Below, in pieces: positions 8,032 to 15,699 of a DNA stretch of 32,558 bases (positions are counted from its first letter, which is position 1; the number at the start of each line of letters is the position of its first letter). The DNA is from a virus. Its lineage: Duplodnaviria; Heunggongvirae; Uroviricota; Caudoviricetes. The position numbers and the translations under genes are program-made. The stretch lies in IMG/VR virus record IMGVR_UViG_2695420817_000008. One strand, given 5' to 3'. The notes under the pieces are model-generated. The model saw only the letters and a list, made by a program, of their open reading frames with translations, was not told the origin of the DNA and did no database searches.

Positions 8032-8864
8032 AATTACTTATTACTGATTTGGATAATACACTGTACGATTGGGTGAGTTTTTACTCCCAGTCATTTAGTG
8101 CCATGGCAGAGCAATTATCTAAGGATATTGATGTGCCTTTGGATACGCTCCTGTCAGAATATAAAACAATTCATCAGAAGTTTGGTAACTCAGAAAAACC
8201 ATTTGCTACTTTAGAGCTACCATCTGTGATATCTTACTTTGGAACTAATGATAAAACGATTTTGCAGGAAAAACTTACTAATGTTTTTCAGGCGTTTAGC
8301 ACAAAACGTAACCAGACATTAATGTTGTATCCTACTGTAAAAGAAACGCTGGAATTATTGAAGAAACGGGGGGTAAAAATTGTAGGGCATACTGAAGCTT
8401 TGGAGTTTAATTCTTTATATCGTCTGAATAAGCTTGGTATAATTGATTTTTTTGATCATCTTTATACATTAGAAGATATTCATAATATCCACCCGAATCC
8501 CAAAAATGCAAAAAAAATACCTGTGAAGGATGACTTTGTAATTAGATTGTCCTGCGCTGAGTCAAAGCCAAACCCTAAATTGCTTGAGCACATATGTTCT
8601 TTTGAAGGAGTTAGTGTTGAAGATGCGGTATACATTGGCGATTCTATAACTAAAGATATGTCCATGGCTAAAGCTGTGGGGGTTACTGCTGTTTGGGCTA
8701 ATTATGGGCGACAGTTTTCACCTGAATTGTGGAAAGTTTTAGTGAAAATCACACACTGGAAAGATGCAGATGTGGAGAGGGAGGAACAACTTAGAAAAGC
8801 ATTCTCCAATGTTAGACCTGATTATGTTGTTAATAGTTTTTCAGAGCTGCTGAATTTGAAATGA
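8028..8864 (+). CDS. HAD-superfamily phosphatase (278 aa), translationally coupled to the phosphoesterase gene
   Basis: HAD motif I LITDLDNTLYDW (DxD), a conserved Lys in ESKPNPK and motif IV YIGDSITKD. Its ATG overlaps the upstream TGA (ATGA). Confidence 0.8.
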   Translation: MKLLITDLDNTLYDWVSFYSQSFSAMAEQLSKDIDVPLDTLLSEYKTIHQKFGNSEKPFATLELPSVISYFGTNDKTILQEKLTNVFQAFSTKRNQTLMLYPTVKETLELLKKRGVKIVGHTEALEFNSLYRLNKLGIIDFFDHLYTLEDIHNIHPNPKNAKKIPVKDDFVIRLSCAESKPNPKLLEHICSFEGVSVEDAVYIGDSITKDMSMAKAVGVTAVWANYGRQFSPELWKVLVKITHWKDADVEREEQLRKAFSNVRPDYVVNSFSELLNLK

Positions 8865-8875
8865 GCATGTGCAGG

Positions 8876-8906
8876 CTCCAAATTTTTAATGATTTGGAGT
8901 TCTTTA
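8876..8906 (+). terminator. putative intrinsic terminator after the HAD gene
   Basis: Perfect 8-bp inverted repeat CTCCAAAT / ATTTGGAG with an 8-nt loop, followed by a T-rich stretch. Confidence 0.4.
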
Positions 8907-9455
8907 TGGGGTTATTTTTTAATTTGGTGATTTTTCCCAATATTGAGATGTTGTTGAACTCGTGAGTTATATTTAACGTATTTGATGTTAATGAAATAAT
9001 AATATCACAATGCAAGCTCCCTGCATTTTCTTGTAGGGGGCATGCTATTTAGAATAAGCTTATGGTCAAGATTAAATTATGAACTGCTATTTTGATGGGC
9101 TGTTTATTATATTGGGGTTGTTTTCTTTTTGAGTTTTTATGGTTGAGATGAACGTTTGTTAAATGTTTTAACACCCTTTGTTACAACATTCATCATTTTT
9201 ACTGTTTGCTAACATAATGTTAGACTGAAATTATTAATTTGTGAAACTAATCATCTAATTTAACAATACAAAATTGAGATCCAATAATCAAAATGCCATA
9301 ATAATGTCATCGGAGCCTGAACAACTCCGGTGACTTCTGCGCTAAACGGGGACGTTTATGCGCACATACAATCCAAACTCTCTTCTCCATTCACAGATGC
9401 AGAAATGCACCTGCGTTTTTTTGCATCCAGCGTCTGACCTCTGTGGAGGTGAAGC

Positions 9456-9911
9456 GTGAACCTACCACAAGATGGCATCAAACTGCATCGCGGTAACTTC
9501 ACCGCTATCGGTCAGCAGATCCAGCCTTATCTGGAGGACGGCAAATGCTTTCGCATGGTGCTTAAACCGTGGCGTGAGAAACGCAGTCTTTCCCAGAATG
9601 CACTCAGCCACATGTGGTACAGCGAAATCAGTGAATACCTCATCAGCAGGGGTAAAACGTTCGCCACTCCAGCTTGGGTAAAAGATGCTCTCAAACACAC
9701 ATATCTCGGTTATGAAACCAAAGACCTGGTTGATGTCGTAACCGGTGATATCACCACTATCCAGTCGTTACGCCATACCTCCGATCTTGATACCGGAGAG
9801 ATGTATGTCTTCCTGTGTAAGGTTGAAGCCTGGGCGATGAATATTGGCTGCCACCTGACTATTCCGCAGAGCTGCGAGTTCCAGCAGCTCCGCGACAAAC
9901 AGGAGGCGTAA
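9456..9911 (+). CDS. ybcN: YbcN-like protein (DLP12 ybcN homolog)
   Basis: GTG start after a [27 protein letters not shown]...[20 protein letters not shown]... matches E. coli DLP12 YbcN as recalled. Confidence 0.85.
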   Translation: MNLPQDGIKLHRGNFTAIGQQIQPYLEDGKCFRMVLKPWREKRSLSQNALSHMWYSEISEYLISRGKTFATPAWVKDALKHTYLGYETKDLVDVVTGDITTIQSLRHTSDLDTGEMYVFLCKVEAWAMNIGCHLTIPQSCEFQQLRDKQEA

Positions 9912-10081
9912 TGGCTACACCGCTTATTCGTGTCATGAACGGGCACATTTACAGAGTACCAAATCGTCGTAAGCGTAAACCTGAGCTGAAGCCTTCCGAA
10001 ATACCAACACTGCTCGGATATACCGCCAGCCTGGTTGATAAAAAATGGTTGCGACTGGCAGCAAGGAGGAATCATGGCTGA
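9911..10081 (+). CDS. ninE: NinE-like small protein (56 aa)
   Basis: [56 protein letters not shown]. Start overlaps the ybcN stop; not in the supplied ORF track because it is under 60 aa. Confidence 0.65.
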   Translation: MATPLIRVMNGHIYRVPNRRKRKPELKPSEIPTLLGYTASLVDKKWLRLAARRNHG

Positions 10082-10556
10082 TTTGAGAAAAGCAGCGCGT
10101 GGTCGGGAATGCCAGGTAAGAATCCCTGGCGTATGTAATGGCAACCCTGAAACGTCTGTACTGGCACATATCCGGCTGGCTGGATTGTGCGGCACCGGTA
10201 TTAAACCGCCAGACCTTATTGCCACCATTGCCTGTTCTGCCTGTCACGACGAAATCGACCGCCGCACGCACATCAGCGCAGAAGGGCAGGTATACCGTGA
10301 TAACGTCGCCCGAATCATTAAAGGCTCAATGCTGGATATCGGTCTGGCTATGCCTGTGAAAATCCGCATTGAGTGCCACATGCCGGATCGCCGTCGCCGT
10401 GACCTGGATAATCTGCAAAAAGCCGCTTTTGACGCACTCACTAAAGCAGGTTTCTGGCTGGATGATGCTCAGGTCGTTGATTACCGCGTTGTGAAGATGC
10501 CTGTTACCAAAGGTGGGAGGCTGGAACTGACCATCACTGAACTGGGGAATGAATGA
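10074..10556 (+). CDS. rusA: in-frame YbcO (DUF1364) N-terminal part fused to RusA Holliday-junction resolvase C-terminal part (160 aa chimera)
   Basis: After an AAGGAGG RBS: [66 protein letters not shown] (YbcO-like) runs directly into [94 protein letters not shown] (RusA residues ~27-120 as recalled). Confidence 0.7.
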   Translation: MADLRKAARGRECQVRIPGVCNGNPETSVLAHIRLAGLCGTGIKPPDLIATIACSACHDEIDRRTHISAEGQVYRDNVARIIKGSMLDIGLAMPVKIRIECHMPDRRRRDLDNLQKAAFDALTKAGFWLDDAQVVDYRVVKMPVTKGGRLELTITELGNE

Positions 10557-10693
10557 TGTTTGAGTCTTATATGGCAGAGCGTCTTCGCCGCCGCTGGGTG
10601 CGCCTGCGCTTATATCGTTTTCCTGGTTCTGTTTTGACCGATTACCGGATACTGAAGAATTACGCCAAAACACTGAAAGGAGCTGCCGCATGA
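10553..10693 (+). CDS. ylcG: YlcG-like small protein (46 aa)
   Basis: [46 protein letters not shown]; ATGA overlaps with both the rusA stop and the Q start. Confidence 0.65.
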   Translation: MMFESYMAERLRRRWVRLRLYRFPGSVLTDYRILKNYAKTLKGAAA

Positions 10694-11379
10694 ATACCCA
10701 ATATTTACAGTATGTCCGCGAGCAACTCATTGTGGCTACCGCTGATTTGAGCGGAGCAACGAAAGGACAGCTTGAAGCCTGGCTGGAGCATGCACAATTT
10801 GATACTGGTAAATACAAACGAAAGAAGCTGCGCATTCTGGATGAGGTAACTGGCAGGATGATTACGCTGGATAATCCGCCGATTTCCGGTAAGCAGTCGT
10901 ACGCAAAAGGTTCATCCATTGCACTGGTAAGCCAGGTTGAGTTCTCAACCTCGTCATGGCGCCGCGCGGTTCTGTCTCTCGAAGAACATCAGAAAGCGTG
11001 GTTGCTGTGGAGTTACAGCGAAAGTGTTCGCTGGGAACATCAGGTCACCATAACGCAGTGGGCATGGAGCGAGTTTAAGACTCTGTTGGGTACCAGAAAA
11101 ATTGCAGGTAAGACACTGGAACGTTTGAAGAAGTTGATCTGGCTGGCGGCACAGGATGTGAAGAACGAGCTGGCAGGGCGTAAGACCTATGAATACCAGG
11201 AGCTGGCATCACTGGTGGGAGTGACATCAAAAAACTGGTCTGAGACATTTACTGAACGCTGGGTTGCAATGAAGCACATTTTTCTACAGCTTGATAGCGA
11301 AGCTTTATTGCTTGTAACGAGAACACGTTCAAAACAAAAGACGACATTTTCACAGCAAAGTATTGCAAAACTGGATTGA
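10690..11379 (+). CDS. late-gene antiterminator Q-like protein (229 aa)
   Basis: Called by position: last gene of the nin region, directly upstream of a pR'-like promoter and a 6S-RNA-like leader. It is not lambda Q by sequence. Confidence 0.55.
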   Translation: MNTQYLQYVREQLIVATADLSGATKGQLEAWLEHAQFDTGKYKRKKLRILDEVTGRMITLDNPPISGKQSYAKGSSIALVSQVEFSTSSWRRAVLSLEEHQKAWLLWSYSESVRWEHQVTITQWAWSEFKTLLGTRKIAGKTLERLKKLIWLAAQDVKNELAGRKTYEYQELASLVGVTSKNWSETFTERWVAMKHIFLQLDSEALLLVTRTRSKQKTTFSQQSIAKLD

Positions 11380-11452
11380 AAGGCATATATTCCGTGTAAA
11401 TCTGATATTTTGCCAATGTTGTATGTGCAACTGTTCGTAGGTGTCGTAAGGG

Positions 11453-11481
11453 TTGACTATCCAATTTCCAGGATATAGATT
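11453..11481 (+). promoter_or_regulatory. late promoter pR'-like (TTGACT, 17-bp spacer, TAGATT) with a lambda-like leader downstream
   Basis: Sigma-70 hexamers read directly. The downstream leader (CCGCCAAGTTGGTAACTTCGAC...GGGACTCCAACC...GAGAGGTC) resembles the lambda pR'/qut leader as recalled. Confidence 0.6.
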
Positions 11482-11600
11482 TTTCTGCAATAAAGGTTTT
11501 GGGAATGAAGGGGCGGCTCCCAAAAGATAACCGCCAAGTTGGTAACTTCGACTCGATAATTGGTCTGGGACTCCAACCGTGTCGGCTGAGAGGTCGACGT

Positions 11601-12404
11601 CTATTTCTTTTGGGGAAGTGGATACTTTAAGCTAACATTTTGAGTTTCTATATCTCGTGGCCCTCGAGTTTTATCATAAAAATACCAGATATTAAATTTT
11701 CTCTCAGTGTGCCATGTATCATATTGCAAATGATCCCAGCCTAAATATGAAGCAACATAGTTTGATACTCTTATTTTGGCTTCAGATGAAGCTTTTCCTT
11801 GATATGCGCACATAACCGCACCTAAGAAAAAATCGGCTAGCTGAATGTTTTCAGATGCTTTAGAGTCTTTTGTCACTACACTGCTGATTATCCCTTTACG
11901 ACCAAATTTTCTATTCAATATGTTATTGGCAATAACATTTAGTTCTTCATCGGCCTTTTTATAACGAGATGCGATAGGATCAACTTCAATCCTGAAGTAA
12001 CTGTCTCTTTCAGGGTGTGCAGAAATTACAGAGCTAATTTTTGTGGTAATGAGATTTGTGAAGTGCTTTCTCCTTGCCAGGTCATAATCCCCATTATGAA
12101 ATGTCTTGTTTACTATTGATTTTTCAACCACGATACAATGAAAAGCTAGCCAAGGAACTCTAAAGAATAAGTCGATCAGCTCAAGATAAAATTCAGAGTA
12201 TCTTTTTGAATGGGCTTTTTGCCATTTTATTTCTTCAAAAAAACCATGTTTGCTACGTAGTTCTCTGATTAGTTGACAGAAATCCCCACGGCGTTGGTAC
12301 TTCATCCACAGACTGCCAAAGCCGTAGAAACGTTGCCCATCAATGCCAGATTCATCGCAAGCAATATGCCAAATTAACTTACCAATGTTATCTTTTTCTG
12401 TCAT
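11601..12404 (-). CDS. hypothetical accessory protein (267 aa), possibly DUF3800-like; moron between Q and lysis genes
   Basis: AT-rich ORF antisense to late transcription, with N-terminal HIACDESG and C-terminal QLADFFLGAV motifs. Family assignment is from memory and tentative. Confidence 0.6.
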   Translation of the reverse strand: MTEKDNIGKLIWHIACDESGIDGQRFYGFGSLWMKYQRRGDFCQLIRELRSKHGFFEEIKWQKAHSKRYSEFYLELIDLFFRVPWLAFHCIVVEKSIVNKTFHNGDYDLARRKHFTNLITTKISSVISAHPERDSYFRIEVDPIASRYKKADEELNVIANNILNRKFGRKGIISSVVTKDSKASENIQLADFFLGAVMCAYQGKASSEAKIRVSNYVASYLGWDHLQYDTWHTERKFNIWYFYDKTRGPRDIETQNVSLKYPLPQKK

Positions 12405-12632
12405 CTGCTGGTAATGCTCTTAGTCCTTAAAGCATGGTATTTAACCACACATGTAACTCATTGATAAAGATCGTTTTATGCAAGTTGCATGGATCGGCTT
12501 TTGAAGGCCATTCGCTTAGTTATAAGATTTTTTAGTTATTTTGAGTTGACTGTTTATAACAATATTTCCCATGTAAGTTTTTAATCATTAGCGTCCCGGC
12601 CTTTCGTCGGCGGCGAAACATTGGCTATTCAT

Positions 12633-12938
12633 ATGCACGAAAAAGAGAGCCTTGCCGGAGCGTTCTGGCTCGTTTTGCTGATCATCGCAGGTTGGGGCGG
12701 TCTGGTCCGCTATCTGATAGATGTGAAGCAAAGTAAAGCAACGTGGAGCTGGATAAATGCTCTGGCTCAGATAGTGGTATCGGGATTCACCGGTGTTATT
12801 GGTGGCCTGATCAGTATCGAAAGTGGATTCAGTATTTACATGATTCTCGCGACAGCGGGGATTAGTGGTGCGATGGGCTCGGTTGCACTGACGTACTTCT
12901 GGGAACGACTGACAGGGGTGAAAAATGCAAAATCTTAA
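12633..12938 (+). CDS. holin (three predicted TM helices)
   Basis: Hydrophobic segments AFWLVLLIIAGWGGLV, ALAQIVVSGFTGVIGGLISI and IYMILATAGISGAMGSVALTYFW with a charged C-terminus. Overlaps the R start as S does in lambda. The ORF is open from a TTG at 12621; not lambda S by sequence. Confidence 0.6.
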   Translation: MHEKESLAGAFWLVLLIIAGWGGLVRYLIDVKQSKATWSWINALAQIVVSGFTGVIGGLISIESGFSIYMILATAGISGAMGSVALTYFWERLTGVKNAKS

Positions 12939-13401
12939 TCCTCAGCGTAAAGCTTTCCTCGATATGTTGGCGTGGTCAGAAGGAACGGATAACGTGCGAC
13001 AACCGACACGTAACCGCGGTTATGACGTTATTGTCGGTGGCGAACTCTTCACTGATTACTCCGATCACCCTCGAAAACTTGTCACGCTAAACCCGAAACT
13101 CAAATCAACAGCCGCAGGCCGTTATCAACTTCTTTCACGCTGGTGGGATGCTTACCGCAAGCAGTTAGGGCTGACAGACTTCTCTCCTAAAAGCCAGGAT
13201 GCTGTTGCATTGCAGCAGATTAAGGAGCGTGGTGCTTTACTAATGATTGATCGCGGTGACATCCGTCAGGCAATCGACTGTTGCAGCAATATCTGGGCTT
13301 CGTTACCCGGAGCAGGTTACGGTCAGTATGAACATAAAATCGGTGACCTGATTTCCCGATTTAAAGAGGCTGGTGGGGTGGTAAATGAAGTTGAGCTATA
13401 A
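12925..13401 (+). CDS. R: endolysin R (lambda-type lytic transglycosylase)
   Basis: NPQRKAFLDMLAWSEGTDN...GYDVIVGGELFTDYSDHPRKLVTLNPKLKST...RYQLLSRWWDAYRKQLGL matches lambda R as recalled. Confidence 0.92.
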   Translation: MQNLNPQRKAFLDMLAWSEGTDNVRQPTRNRGYDVIVGGELFTDYSDHPRKLVTLNPKLKSTAAGRYQLLSRWWDAYRKQLGLTDFSPKSQDAVALQQIKERGALLMIDRGDIRQAIDCCSNIWASLPGAGYGQYEHKIGDLISRFKEAGGVVNEVEL

Positions 13402-13777
13402 GCTGGTTATCGCTGCTTTTCTCGTTACTGTCATCGGTTCTTTCATCTGGTCTGCCAACCACTACTACAGCAAATATCAGCACGAAAAGAAACGTGCTGA
13501 TGAGGCTGTACAAAATGCCAAATCGGCAACTGTCATTACCAATAACGTCCTGCAATCACTGCAAATCGTCAATACAGTTCTGGAGGCTAGCCAGCATGCA
13601 AAACAGCAGATTGCACTGGAGTCACAGAGAACCCAGACAGATATCAAAACGGCTGTTGCGAATGATGATTGCGCTGCCCGTCCTGTTCCTGCTCGTGCAG
13701 CTGAACGGCTGCGCCGGTACGCGGACAGTTTACGTACCAGTTCCAGCGGTACCGCTACCGGCGAATCTGACCACTGA
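13385..13777 (+). CDS. i-spanin (Rz-like), N-terminal TM anchor plus coiled-coil region
   Basis: MKLSYKLVIAAFLVTVIGSFIWSANHYYSKYQHEKKRADEAV...; positioned after R with its start overlapping the R 3' end. Confidence 0.6.
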   Translation: MKLSYKLVIAAFLVTVIGSFIWSANHYYSKYQHEKKRADEAVQNAKSATVITNNVLQSLQIVNTVLEASQHAKQQIALESQRTQTDIKTAVANDDCAARPVPARAAERLRRYADSLRTSSSGTATGESDH

Positions 13778-13919
13778 GACCCCACAACCAGTTATTCCTG
13801 ATCCGCTGACCTATGGGGGCAGTCTGGATTTGAATGTCAGTCTGCTTTCCGCGCTGGCGACCTGTAACCGAGATAAAGCTGATATTCGAAAAATTGAAGC
13901 AGAGAGGATCAAGCTATGA
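13662..13919 (+). CDS. o-spanin (Rz1-like lipoprotein) in overlapped architecture
   Basis: +1-frame ORF starting inside Rz: MMIALPVLFLLVQLNGC (signal peptide with lipobox-like LNGC) then a Pro-rich region VPVPAVPLPANLTTETPQPVIPDP; extends 142 nt past the Rz stop. Confidence 0.55.
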   Translation: MMIALPVLFLLVQLNGCAGTRTVYVPVPAVPLPANLTTETPQPVIPDPLTYGGSLDLNVSLLSALATCNRDKADIRKIEAERIKL

Positions 13920-14237
13920 AGCAGTAAAGCGGACGGACCGTGGCAAGTGGCGCCAATGCAGCAGTCATGATGCTGCCCCGAATACCCAAAGTTGCGGGTA
14001 GCCAGTCTCAGGTAAAAAGCTGAGGGCGTACTGGTGAGGGGTAACGGGAAGAAGCGCACCGGTACTCCAGGCTGGTCGCCAGTCAGCTTCCGGTTAGTGG
14101 TGAGGGATTCACGAGATACCCCTGACACATGGCCTCAAGGGAATGAGCGCAGCTACTGCGAGAGTGTGGTTGGCATTCACTTAGTGCTTGCGATAATGCT
14201 TTTAGTTACAATCACTTCATCGATAAATGAGGTGAAG

Positions 14238-14777
14238 ATGAACGCAGATTATATAGCTTACGAATCATTGGTTGCCACTAGAAATACAGCAGAATGGGCT
14301 TTTTGGTCAATGGTAGGAACGTGGTTTTCAGGCATTGCAACCTTTATGGCAGTATGCCTGACTTTATATATTTCTAACCGTCGACCTCGACCGAAGTTAA
14401 GAGGAACAGTATCGCTTGGGGGCATCACAGGCCAAAATGTGAGCACGTTTGGAGTTACGATCAACATTGCAAATGTTGGCATTCAAACCGCAACTATAAC
14501 TTCAGTAACATGGACGTTCGGTACAAAAAACTCACTACTTCAGATTCTGGGGGGTGGGTTTGGTGACGATTTACCAAAAAAAATTGAGCATGGCGAATAT
14601 GCATTTTTCTTTATTCAAAATGATACTAATGGCGACTGGGCCAGAGATATGAAAAATAAGATATGGGAACAGGGCGGCAACGTTCGCAAATTAATGTTGC
14701 TTGTGCACCTTGCTACCGGCGATACGATGAAAATTAAGCCAGCCAAAAATGTAATAAAAATGATCGAAAAATCATAA
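14238..14777 (+). CDS. hypothetical membrane-anchored protein (179 aa, one N-terminal TM helix)
   Basis: GAGG RBS then ATG. TM segment WAFWSMVGTWFSGIATFMAVCLTLYI followed by a Gly/Thr-rich domain. AT-rich, lying between the spanin genes and cos. The ORF is open from a GTG at 14034 but the upstream part has different composition. Confidence 0.55.
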   Translation: MNADYIAYESLVATRNTAEWAFWSMVGTWFSGIATFMAVCLTLYISNRRPRPKLRGTVSLGGITGQNVSTFGVTINIANVGIQTATITSVTWTFGTKNSLLQILGGGFGDDLPKKIEHGEYAFFFIQNDTNGDWARDMKNKIWEQGGNVRKLMLLVHLATGDTMKIKPAKNVIKMIEKS

Positions 14778-14884
14778 CATCCACAGGTGCATCACCATAG
14801 ACAGCCTCCATTCTAATCTCACCATCACAGGATCTCGTAGAGTGTCTGTGATGGTGCTATATCCTGTAAAGTAAAGGGAGACCA

Positions 14885-15172
14885 ATGATGACATCTTTAA
14901 CCGTTGCGGTATTAGCTTTAATAGTTGCAATCTGGCATGAGATAAACCGATTTCCAGCAACCGGGAAGAGCTTACTGTCTTTACAGCAAGAAGTTAGGGA
15001 GCTGAGGGATGAAAATGAAAGATTAGCCTCTGAAGTAGATTCTTTAAAGGATGAGTTACTTGAAATTTCAAATCAGATAGATCGAATTAAAGACCCTGAA
15101 TATTATGCATTGCTTGATGCAGGAGATGGAGTGGGTCTTTATGAAATAGAAAAGTCAAGAGGTCAAATTTAA
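14885..15172 (+). CDS. hypothetical small membrane-anchored coiled-coil protein (95 aa)
   Basis: AGGGAG RBS; N-terminal TM segment LTVAVLALIVAIW; heptad-like charged region LQQEVRELRDENERLASEVDSLKDELLEISNQIDRIK; terminator immediately downstream. Confidence 0.55.
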   Translation: MMTSLTVAVLALIVAIWHEINRFPATGKSLLSLQQEVRELRDENERLASEVDSLKDELLEISNQIDRIKDPEYYALLDAGDGVGLYEIEKSRGQI

Positions 15173-15173
15173 T

Positions 15174-15199
15174 AACCGCCTTTTTGGCGGTTTATTATT
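15174..15199 (+). terminator. intrinsic terminator (AACCGCC-TTTTT-GGCGGTT followed by TATTATT)
   Basis: Stem-loop and T-rich tail read directly after the 95-aa ORF stop. Confidence 0.6.
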
Positions 15200-15236
15200 C
15201 CGTCATCATGGGCAGGCCCATCGTAACTGCAGTATC

Positions 15237-15563
15237 TTATATACACCAATGACATCTCTGGATGGTTGGCAGTCCTGTTAGTTGGCCTGCGGTGGACTCG
15301 GCCTCGTCAAGCGTAAGAACACATACTTTTTGGTATCGGCCAGTAGTAAAGCCGGCGTGATTTTTTGGGCTGATTAACGGGTTGATTGATTTGCATGAGG
15401 CTCGATGAATCCGCGTAAATCTGGCATCATTTTTTCTGCCTTTCCCGCTGGCCGACTTAAGCAGATTAATAACGAATCCATCGGAATGGGTTGCTAGCCA
15501 ACTCTTGTACATCGCTTCGCTATCAACATCCTGTATTTCACTGCTGAAAATAGTAATGCCCAT
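15237..15563 (-). CDS. hypothetical protein (108 aa)
   Basis: Only sizeable ORF between the terminator and cos. Cys residues in ASCKS, KVCVL and RCHWCI; no family recognised. Confidence 0.35.
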   Translation of the reverse strand: MGITIFSSEIQDVDSEAMYKSWLATHSDGFVINLLKSASGKGRKNDARFTRIHRASCKSINPLISPKNHAGFTTGRYQKVCVLTLDEAESTAGQLTGLPTIQRCHWCI

Positions 15564-15671
15564 ATTTTTTCCGTATATGACTAACTGATATGAATATGTA
15601 TCAGGACTATTTTATGGCAAAACCAGAGTAGAAGGCCATTGGGGTCCGGAGTGTTGATGTGAACAAATTAA

Positions 15672-15682
15672 CCCCCCCCCCC
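15672..15682. repeat. C11 homopolymeric tract
   Basis: Eleven consecutive C residues, about 110 bp upstream of the minus-strand 108-aa ORF start and about 65 bp before cosN. Confidence 0.9.
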
Positions 15683-15699
15683 TTTAAGTGTAATTGATA

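Noticed and set aside
8830-9015. 61-aa minus-strand ORF in the AT-rich spacer after the HAD gene
   Set aside because: Asn/Ile/Lys-rich low-complexity frame in AT-rich non-coding DNA; overlaps the terminator hairpin.
9710-10919. Minus-strand ORFs across the nin region (9710..10228, 9933..10271, 10326..10919)
   Set aside because: They overlap well-supported plus-strand genes (ybcN, ninE, ybcO-rusA, ylcG, Q) and have no recognisable products.
11380-11600. Possible tRNA gene between Q and the lysis genes, as seen in some lambdoid phages
   Set aside because: No cloverleaf-compatible sequence or T-loop motif (GTTCGAATC-like) was found by eye; the region instead resembles the lambda pR'/6S leader.
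14034-14237. Upstream extension (GTG at 14034) of the 179-aa membrane-protein ORF
   Set aside because: The extension is GC- and Arg-rich unlike the rest of the protein, and a well-placed GAGG RBS precedes the ATG at 14238. Not fully excluded; see the finding on 13920..14237.
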